From positions 88,662-152,661 of the forward strand of contig JAFXHE010000003.1 in NCBI GenBank assembly GCA_017536555.1: DNA of 64,000 nt, written 5' to 3'. A program made the position numbers and the translations under genes. Below are positions 56,608 to 64,000 of this stretch, one piece after another. The stretch comes from Alistipes sp. Its GTDB lineage: Bacteria > Bacteroidota > Bacteroidia > Bacteroidales > Rikenellaceae. The notes beneath the pieces were generated by a model, which made no database searches, was not told where the DNA came from, and saw only the letters and a list, made by a program, of their open reading frames with translations. Position 1 is the first letter of the stretch, and each line of letters begins with the position of its first letter.

Positions 56608-56964
56608 CTCGAAGTTGTAGTGCTTAATGGGTGCATCCGCCCACAACTCCTCGAGACGATAAAACTCGCGTAGCTCGGTCTGGAAGATGTGAACAATGAC
56701 ATCGGTATAGTCCATAGCTACCCAGAATGCATTTTGTCGTCCCTCCACGCGCACAGGCCACTCGCCCATCACTTCAAACACCTTATCCTCGATGCTTGAC
56801 GATATTGCATCCACCTGTGTTGTCGAATCGGCGTGGCACACAACAAAATGCGAACATATAGCACCATCAAATCCCGACAAGTCGAGAGATACGATACCTT
56901 GTCCCTTCTTATCGTCAATCGCCTCTACGATTGTATTTATCAACTTCTCTAAATTTTCCTCCAT
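56605..56964 (-). CDS. rsfS: Ribosome silencing factor RsfS
   Basis: DKKG, WVAMDYTDVIVHIF, REFYRLEELW. Confidence 0.93.
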   Translation of the reverse strand: MEENLEKLINTIVEAIDDKKGQGIVSLDLSGFDGAICSHFVVCHADSTTQVDAISSSIEDKVFEVMGEWPVRVEGRQNAFWVAMDYTDVIVHIFQTELREFYRLEELWADAPIKHYNFE

Positions 56965-57147
56965 CTTACATCATTTTTGTTTTAGCACAACTCGCATCCA
57001 CCTGCTGTGCTCGCATTTTTATAGTATATAAACTTTGCAAAGATACAAATTATTCGTGAGTATAACGACAATTATTCCAAATATTATCACACAAACCTCC
57101 GAAAAATCCTATTTTTGCAACCATTGAACTCCTCAAAATGGTCTTAA

Positions 57148-58047
57148 TCACACTTTTTGCTGGTCTACGCAATCGAGTATTGTGCGTCGCAATGCCTCAA
57201 CTATTGACTGCTTGACGTAGGTGCGGCTTACGGCGAGTGCAACGCGACGCGATGTAGCATTCTTGGCGATGCTTTTAACACGGTTGCGACGCGACTGCGG
57301 GATAAACTCCAAAGCCATCTCTGGGATGATGGTCATACACGATGTACAATCCACCATTCGCATCAATGTATCGAGCGACCCCGACTCAAAATAGAAGTGC
57401 GACGGAATCTCGTGCGCAGCCTGACACAGCTCAAATATCTGGTCACGCATACAGTTACCCCTGCTCAAAAGTATAAGGTCTTTGAAATCAATATCTTCAA
57501 TGCGGATATTTGAACGCTCAAACAGCGGGTGCGAGGGCGACACATACGCGTAAAAATGGTCACTAAAAAGGTCGTGTTCGATGATGCCATCACCACACGT
57601 TCCACTTGCAACAAGTGCCGCATCTATGCGGTCACGCTTGAGTGCCTCGATGATGTCTGCCGTCACCATTTCGTGTATCTCTAACTCCACCTTTGGGTAC
57701 TCTTTGATGAATGTCGGAATAAACTTATGGAGCAAGTAGGGGGCGATGGTCGGAATGACACCCAGACGCATCTTTCCCGCCGTCTCACCACGCATCTCTG
57801 CCACCGACTCGCGGATGTAGTTATAGGAGCGTAGCGTTTGTCGCGCCTGCTCCAAAACAACCTCACCTACAGCAGTAGGAATGATAGGCTTCTTCGTTCT
57901 GTCAAGTAACACAGCACCAAGCTCTTCCTCGAGGGCTTTTATCTGCATACTCAACGATGGCTGGGTCACGAAACAGTGCTCTGCAGCCACTGAAAAACTG
58001 CCACAGTTTGCCACCGCCATCAAGTACTCAAGTTGAATAATTGTCAT
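57148..58047 (-). CDS. oxyR: LysR-family peroxide sensor OxyR
   Basis: MTIIQLEY start, CFVTQPSLS HTH, IPTIAPYLL, GNCMRDQIFELC two-Cys motif. Confidence 0.82.
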   Translation of the reverse strand: MTIIQLEYLMAVANCGSFSVAAEHCFVTQPSLSMQIKALEEELGAVLLDRTKKPIIPTAVGEVVLEQARQTLRSYNYIRESVAEMRGETAGKMRLGVIPTIAPYLLHKFIPTFIKEYPKVELEIHEMVTADIIEALKRDRIDAALVASGTCGDGIIEHDLFSDHFYAYVSPSHPLFERSNIRIEDIDFKDLILLSRGNCMRDQIFELCQAAHEIPSHFYFESGSLDTLMRMVDCTSCMTIIPEMALEFIPQSRRNRVKSIAKNATSRRVALAVSRTYVKQSIVEALRRTILDCVDQQKV

Positions 58048-58208
58048 AGTCATTATAAGATAATTCTGTTTACTGGACACAAAGTTATAATAAAAATTTA
58101 TATTTTGTGCAAATTATTTCTCAAATACACATTTTTTTGCTATTTTTGTCGCTTACGAGCGTTATATATTGTAATGTTCGCAAAGTGATAACGAAAAACA
58201 ACTTAAAA

Positions 58209-59327
58209 ATGAAAAAGATAATACTTACAGGAGACCGTCCCACGGGCAAACTTCACTTGGGACATTTTGTTGGATCGCTCAGCCGACGTGTAGAGTTGCA
58301 GAACTCTGGCGAGTACGATAAAATTTTCATTATGATTGCCGATGCGCAGGCACTCACCGACAATGCCGACAACCCCGATAAGGTGCGCGAGAATATCATT
58401 GAGGTAGCCCTCGACTACCTATCGTGCGGCATCGACCCCGAACACTCGACAATATTCATCCAGTCGTATGTAGCAGAGCTCACCGAGCTTGCCTTCTACT
58501 ATATGAACCTTGTGACGGTACAGCGTCTACAGCGCAACCCTACTGTTAAGGCGGAGATACAGATGCGCGGTTTTGCCGACAACAACGCCGAGGAGGAGAA
58601 CCAGCAGCGCAAAGGTACGCCCGTAGGCTTCTTCACATACCCCATCTCACAGGCTTCAGATATCACAGCCTTCCGCGCCACAACCGTCCCCGTAGGCGAG
58701 GATCAGGAGCCTATGATTGAGCAGACACGCGAGATTGTGCATAAATTCAACTCGGTATATGGCGAGACACTTGTCGAGCCACAGATTATGCTTCCTACGA
58801 ATGCGGCGTGCTTGCGTTTGCCTGGCACTGACGGCAAGGCGAAGATGTCGAAGTCGCTTGGCAACTGCATCTACCTCTCTGACCCCGCCGATGTCGTTAA
58901 GAAGAAGGTTATGGGTATGTACACCGACCCCGACCACTTGCGCGTGGAGGATCCTGGCAAGGTGGAGGGCAACACAGTGTTCACATATCTCGATGCATTC
59001 TCACGCCCAGAGCACTTTGCAAAGTATCTCCCAGAATATGAGAATCTCGATGCACTCAAGGAGCACTACCGTCGTGGCGGTCTTGGCGATGTCAAGGTTA
59101 AACGTTTCCTCATAGCTGTACTTGAGGAGCTTCTCGAGCCGATACGTGAGCGCAGAAAGCACTACGAGCAGCACATCGAGGAGGTCTATAATATATTGCG
59201 TCGCGGCTCTGATGAGGCTCGGGTTTGTGCCGCAGAGACACTTGCCGACGTGCGTCGTGCAATGCGCATCAACTACTTCGAGGACACGGAGCTTATTGCT
59301 CGACAGGCTGCTGAATACAGAAAATAG
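58209..59327 (+). CDS. trpS: Tryptophan--tRNA ligase
   Basis: [13 protein letters not shown] (HIGH), [21 protein letters not shown]; ATG at 58209. Confidence 0.96.
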   Translation: MKKIILTGDRPTGKLHLGHFVGSLSRRVELQNSGEYDKIFIMIADAQALTDNADNPDKVRENIIEVALDYLSCGIDPEHSTIFIQSYVAELTELAFYYMNLVTVQRLQRNPTVKAEIQMRGFADNNAEEENQQRKGTPVGFFTYPISQASDITAFRATTVPVGEDQEPMIEQTREIVHKFNSVYGETLVEPQIMLPTNAACLRLPGTDGKAKMSKSLGNCIYLSDPADVVKKKVMGMYTDPDHLRVEDPGKVEGNTVFTYLDAFSRPEHFAKYLPEYENLDALKEHYRRGGLGDVKVKRFLIAVLEELLEPIRERRKHYEQHIEEVYNILRRGSDEARVCAAETLADVRRAMRINYFEDTELIARQAAEYRK

Positions 59328-59390
59328 GCTACTACAAATTGATGGCGATGCTATTTTAAGAGATCCACAACCAACAGCCCTTGGCTTAAA

Positions 59391-61193
59391 ATGATAACAC
59401 TTGAAAGAAACATAAAAGAGCGCATATATCAGGGGTTTTTACACCTGTCACGCCGCTTGACAAATGGTCAGACGATGGCTATTCTCGCCATCCTCGTCGG
59501 TCTATTTGCAGGTGTCGGTGCGTTCATATTCAACACGCTGCTGCACTTCATCACACATAGCCTCACGTCGTGGACTCCCGACGACCAGGCACAGTGGCTG
59601 TTTTTGATATACCCATCAGTAGGTATCATCCTCGCCACGCTATTTGTCAAGCACATTGTCAAAGATGGCATATCGGAGGGTGTGACACGCGTGCTATACG
59701 CTATGTCGCGCAAGGACTCACGAATTGCAGGTCACAACTGTTGGACATCTATCGTGGGTGGTGCTACAACCATTGGCTTTGGTGGTTCGGTGGGCCCCGA
59801 GGCACCTATCGTGCTTACAGGTGCAGCCATAGGCTCTAACGTGGGTAAGCTCACACGCCTAAACTATAAAAACACCACACTGCTACTGTGCTGCGGTGCA
59901 GGTGCTGCCGTTGCCGCAATCTTTAAAGCTCCTATCACAGGTGTTGTCTTTGTGTTGGAGATTCTTATGCTCGACATCACCTCAAAGTCGATTATTCCGC
60001 TACTTATGGCATCTGTCACAGCCACCATCACCTCGTTGGTGCTGCACGGCTTCAGCCCCATATACGCCGTTTCGCTGACTGCAGGCGATATGTTCCAAGT
60101 ATGGCAGATACCACTCTTTGTGCTGTTGGGATGCTTCTGCGGCATAATGGCATTCTACTTTACATCCGTAAACTCGCGTGTGGGCAGCTTCTTCAAATCG
60201 GTGCATAGCCAATATCGCAAGTGGTTATATGCTGGTGCCATCCTCGGTCTGTTAATGTTCATCTTCCCGCCGCTCTATGGCGAGGGTCACGGTAGCTTTA
60301 CGGCACTTATGAATGGCAACACCACCGAGCTCTTCGACAACACACTCTTCTATGGGTTGCGCGAATCAGATTGGTTCTTGATAGTCTACCTCATCGCAAT
60401 TATGCTCTTTAAGGTTGTCGCTATGGCTACGACCAATGCAGCAGGTGGCGTGGGTGGTACATTTGCACCGTCACTCTTTGTGGGTGCGTTTGCAGGTGCC
60501 ACACTTGCGGTGATATGTCGCACCATCTTTGGCTGGGATGTCTCAATCACCTCGTTTACGCTTGTCGGTATGGCGGGTGTTATGTCTGGTGTGATGAAGG
60601 CACCGCTGACCTCAATCTTCCTTATCGCCGAGCTATCCAACGGCTACGGACTATTCATCCCGCTGATGATTGTTGCGTGTATCTCGTTTGCCGTTAACTA
60701 CGGTCTTGACCGCGACTCTATATATACCAAGCAGCTGCGTATGCGTGGTGAGCTGCTATCCCACGACAAGGACTCTTCGGCACTCGTCTTCCTGCGTCTT
60801 GATGAGTTGATGGAGACCGACTTTATACGTCTTCGTGAGAACTTCACGCTGGGTGACGTGGTAAACATCATATCGAGTGCGCGCCGTAACATCTTCCCCG
60901 TTCTCGACAACGGAGGCAAGCTCCTCGGCATTGTGCAGCTCGACGACCTGCGACGCGATATGTTTGACCGCGACAAGTGGTCTCGCTCCATAATGCACTA
61001 TATGGTGCAGCCACCAGATAGAATTTTGCAAAACGAACAAATACAGAGCGTGATGCCCCGCTTCGAGCAGGCTAATACGTGGATGCTGCCCGTAGTTGAT
61101 AAGGATAACGGCTACTTGGGCTTTATCTCGAAGTCGCGTATACTCAACTCATACCGCGAGGCATTGGTAAATATAACACAGGCTGACGACTAA
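59391..61193 (+). CDS. ClC-family chloride channel/antiporter with CBS domains
   Basis: GGSVGPEAP, FKAPITG, GGTFAPSL, C-terminal CBS pair. Confidence 0.9.
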   Translation: MITLERNIKERIYQGFLHLSRRLTNGQTMAILAILVGLFAGVGAFIFNTLLHFITHSLTSWTPDDQAQWLFLIYPSVGIILATLFVKHIVKDGISEGVTRVLYAMSRKDSRIAGHNCWTSIVGGATTIGFGGSVGPEAPIVLTGAAIGSNVGKLTRLNYKNTTLLLCCGAGAAVAAIFKAPITGVVFVLEILMLDITSKSIIPLLMASVTATITSLVLHGFSPIYAVSLTAGDMFQVWQIPLFVLLGCFCGIMAFYFTSVNSRVGSFFKSVHSQYRKWLYAGAILGLLMFIFPPLYGEGHGSFTALMNGNTTELFDNTLFYGLRESDWFLIVYLIAIMLFKVVAMATTNAAGGVGGTFAPSLFVGAFAGATLAVICRTIFGWDVSITSFTLVGMAGVMSGVMKAPLTSIFLIAELSNGYGLFIPLMIVACISFAVNYGLDRDSIYTKQLRMRGELLSHDKDSSALVFLRLDELMETDFIRLRENFTLGDVVNIISSARRNIFPVLDNGGKLLGIVQLDDLRRDMFDRDKWSRSIMHYMVQPPDRILQNEQIQSVMPRFEQANTWMLPVVDKDNGYLGFISKSRILNSYREALVNITQADD

Positions 61194-61281
61194 TATGCAC
61201 GTAGCGAGTGTATAGAGGATATACCGCATACAAAATAGGAGAACAAAAAACAGGATAACGATAAAATAAAATTCAAATTAT

Positions 61282-62379
61282 ATGGCTTTACAATGTGGAA
61301 TTGTCGGACTCCCCAACGTGGGTAAGTCAACACTTTTTAACTGTTTGTCAAATGCACGTGCGCAGGCGGCAAACTTCCCGTTTTGTACTATCGAGCCCAA
61401 TGTGGGCGTAATCACCGTGCCCGACGAGCGTCTGGCAAAGCTTGCAGAGATAGACAATCCCAAGCGCGTAGTACCTACTACCATCGAGATTGTCGATATT
61501 GCAGGTCTTGTTAAGGGTGCATCAAAGGGCGAGGGTCTGGGCAATAAGTTCCTCGCAAACATACGTAACACCAACGCTATTATCCACGTGTTGCGTTGCT
61601 TTGAAAATGAGAATATCACACACGTCGACGGCACTGTCGACCCTGTGCGCGACAAGGGCATCATCGACACAGAGTTGCAGCTCAAGGATCTCGAGACTAT
61701 CGAGAATCGTATCGGCAAGTGCCAGAAGCAGGCAACGGCAGGCGATAAGATTGCAAAGCGTCAGTACGACATCTTGCTTCGCTATAAGGAGGCATTAGAG
61801 CAGGGGTTGTCAGCACGCACTGTTGAGCTAACTGCGGAGGAGCGTAAGAGCGTATGGGATCTCAACCTGCTTACCGATAAGCCCGTATTGTATGTATGTA
61901 ATGTTGACGAGAGCTCTGCCGTAAGCGGCAATGCCCACACCGAGGCTGTTAAGGCAGCTATTGCCAATGAGCACGCCGAGATGCTTATCGTGGCAGCCTC
62001 TGCCGAGGCGGACATAGCCGAGCTTGAGACCTACGAGGAGCGACAGATGTTTTTGCAGGATATGGGTCTTGAGGAGTCTGGCGTAAGCCGCCTGATAAAG
62101 GCTGCATACCGTCTGCTCGACCTTCAGACATTCTTCACTACGGGAGCTGACGAGAGCCGCGCTTGGACCTTCCGCCGAGGTATGAAGGCTCCCGAGACTG
62201 CGGGTATCATCCACACCGACTTTGAGCGTGGTTTCATACGCGCCGAGGTTATCAAGTATGCCGACTACGTTGAGCTTGGCTCGGAGCGTGCTTGCCGCGA
62301 TGTGGGTAAGATTGGCATCGAGGGCAAGGAGTATGTTGTGGAGGATGGCGATATTATGCACTTCCTCTTCAACGTGTAG
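61282..62379 (+). CDS. ychF: Ribosome-binding ATPase YchF
   Basis: GLPNVGKST, NFPFCTIEPN, DIAGLVKGAS, IHTDFERGFIRAE. Confidence 0.97.
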   Translation: MALQCGIVGLPNVGKSTLFNCLSNARAQAANFPFCTIEPNVGVITVPDERLAKLAEIDNPKRVVPTTIEIVDIAGLVKGASKGEGLGNKFLANIRNTNAIIHVLRCFENENITHVDGTVDPVRDKGIIDTELQLKDLETIENRIGKCQKQATAGDKIAKRQYDILLRYKEALEQGLSARTVELTAEERKSVWDLNLLTDKPVLYVCNVDESSAVSGNAHTEAVKAAIANEHAEMLIVAASAEADIAELETYEERQMFLQDMGLEESGVSRLIKAAYRLLDLQTFFTTGADESRAWTFRRGMKAPETAGIIHTDFERGFIRAEVIKYADYVELGSERACRDVGKIGIEGKEYVVEDGDIMHFLFNV

Positions 62380-62442
62380 CGCAACAAAACAGAATATAGA
62401 CAATATAGACAAAAGAGTAACACCTTAAAAAATTTACAGACT

Positions 62443-63183
62443 ATGAATAACCTTTGGAAGTATATCATCATATCGTCGGCTATCGTCCTTGCCGCAATAG
62501 TACTTGCTGGAGCATATACGCAGCGTTACCGCACCAACAACGGCTCTATCACCGTTACAGGTCTTGGCGAGACGGAGTTCACGTCAGACATCATCGTTGT
62601 CAACGCTAAATTCTCTACCGAGAACTACGATGCCGCCGATGGCTACCGTATGATGGAGCGCAACCGCACAGAGATTGAGGAGTTTTTAAAGGAGCACGGC
62701 GTGTCAAGCGAGGATGTATCATTCGATATGCTCTCATCCTACAAGATGACGAACTCGGTGTATGAGGAGGGCAAGTATATTGGCGAGCGTTTTGCAGGTT
62801 ATCGTCTTACACAGTCCTTCAGCATCGAGTCCAACGATGTGGAGGCTGTCGAGGAGGCTGCACGCGGGCTATCGTCACTCATTGGCGAGGGTATCTCTAT
62901 CGAGGTGGATAACCCTATGTACTTCTTCTCGAAATTGGAGAGCGTGAAGCTCGACCTTATCGCCGCCGCGGCAGCTGATGCACGCCAGCGCGCCGAGCTT
63001 ATCGCCAACAACTCGAATGCAGGTCTGGGCACACTTATCTGGTCGCGTGCAGGCGTATTCCAGATTACAGCGGCTACGGGCGACGAGGAGTTCTCTGCAG
63101 GCGGCTCGTTCAACCTCTCATCACGCGAGAAGAAGGCGCGCGTAACAGTGCGCTCGGAGTTTAAGATTGCAAACATTCAGTAA
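62443..63183 (+). CDS. SIMPL (DUF541) domain protein
   Basis: N-terminal TM, ITVTGLGE, DARQRAELIA, GVFQIT. Confidence 0.8.
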   Translation: MNNLWKYIIISSAIVLAAIVLAGAYTQRYRTNNGSITVTGLGETEFTSDIIVVNAKFSTENYDAADGYRMMERNRTEIEEFLKEHGVSSEDVSFDMLSSYKMTNSVYEEGKYIGERFAGYRLTQSFSIESNDVEAVEEAARGLSSLIGEGISIEVDNPMYFFSKLESVKLDLIAAAAADARQRAELIANNSNAGLGTLIWSRAGVFQITAATGDEEFSAGGSFNLSSREKKARVTVRSEFKIANIQ

Positions 63184-63205
63184 CGATTAAAAAAACTATA
63201 ATACT

Positions 63206-64000
63206 ATGTCAAGAGAAGTAAGAGTACGCTTTGCACCCAGCCCTACAGGCCCGTTGCACATCGGAGGCGTACGCACAGCACTTTATAACTACCTTTTTGC
63301 ACGCCGTCACGGTGGTAAGATGATTTTGCGTATTGAGGATACCGACTCACAGCGTTTCGTACCTGGTGCCGAGGAGTATATCATCGAGTCGCTCAAGTGG
63401 TGTGGCATCGAGATTGACGAGGGCGTGGGCGTAGGTGGCCCACACGCACCCTACCGCCAAAGTGAGCGTCGTGATATCTACCTCAAGTATGCCAAGCAGC
63501 TTGTCGAGGCAGGCTGGGCATACTACGCCTTTGATACCCCCGAGGAGCTTGACGCGCTGCGCAAGGAGGCAGAGGAGGCAGGCAAGACCTTCGCATATAA
63601 CTATGAGGTACGCGAGAAGCTACCTACCTCACTCTCTCTTGGTGCAGACGAGGTGGAGGCACGTATCGCACGTGGCGACCAGTGGGTTGTACGCTTCAAG
63701 ATGCCAGAGAACGAGGTTGTGAAGATGGATGACCTTATTCGTGGACACGTCGAGGTCAACACCTCAACACTCGACGATAAGGTGCTCTATAAGTCGGCAG
63801 ATGCGCTGCCTACATACCACCTCGCAAACATCGTCGACGACCACCTTATGGAGGTGTCGCACGTGATACGCGGCGAGGAGTGGTTGCCTTCGTTGCCATT
63901 GCACTACCTACTCTATCGTGCCTTTGGCTGGACAGATACACAGCCCGAGTTTGCTCACTTGCCGCTATTGCTGAAGCCCACAGGTGGCGGTAAGCTCTCA
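63206..64000 (+). CDS. gltX: Glutamate--tRNA ligase (truncated by the window end)
   Basis: Hand translation [21 protein letters not shown]...RIEDTD...[12 protein letters not shown]...IRGEEW...GKLS; open to the end of the window. Confidence 0.95.
   Translation, partial: MSREVRVRFAPSPTGPLHIGGVRTALYNYLFARRHGGKMILRIEDTDSQRFVPGAEEYIIESLKWCGIEIDEGVGVGGPHAPYRQSERRDIYLKYAKQLVEAGWAYYAFDTPEELDALRKEAEEAGKTFAYNYEVREKLPTSLSLGADEVEARIARGDQWVVRFKMPENEVVKMDDLIRGHVEVNTSTLDDKVLYKSADALPTYHLANIVDDHLMEVSHVIRGEEWLPSLPLHYLLYRAFGWTDTQPEFAHLPLLLKPTGGGKLS

Noticed and set aside
58107-58208. N-terminal extension of trpS in the ORF track, or a T-box/attenuator leader
   Set aside because: AT-rich divergent promoter region with no Trp-codon leader or T-box motif; the ATG at 58209 fits the family start.

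Overview
A 64 kb, mostly core-genome segment from a Bacteroidales organism, most likely Rikenellaceae/Alistipes-like. That assignment is inferred from gene repertoire, TAnnTTTG promoters, AT-rich ribosome-binding regions without Shine-Dalgarno and Bacteroidetes-type lipoproteins. It encodes housekeeping genes (pheT, htpG, rex, dnaN, glmM, mazG, rsmI, ftsK, murI, aroK, parC/parE, psd, cdsA, ftsH, rsfS, oxyR, trpS, ychF, partial gltX), interspersed with small accessory surface-protein units. No rRNA, tRNA, CRISPR array or transposase was recognised. The main unusual signals are: (1) a LytS/LytTR two-component system whose predicted periplasmic sensor domain resembles the Rho RNA-binding OB-fold, with a 21-bp-period direct repeat upstream of two small secreted proteins; (2) a family of ~130-bp palindromic elements starting exactly at the stop codons of three unrelated genes, with covarying inner stems; (3) a ParC ending in the canonical beta-clamp-binding motif QLDLF; (4) RibF split into two genes about 42 kb apart; (5) a 43-aa YxAPxL microprotein, below the ORF-track cut-off, directly upstream of a fimbrillin; (6) a G9 tract in a lipoprotein promoter spacer. 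All family calls are from motif recognition by eye; no database searches were run.
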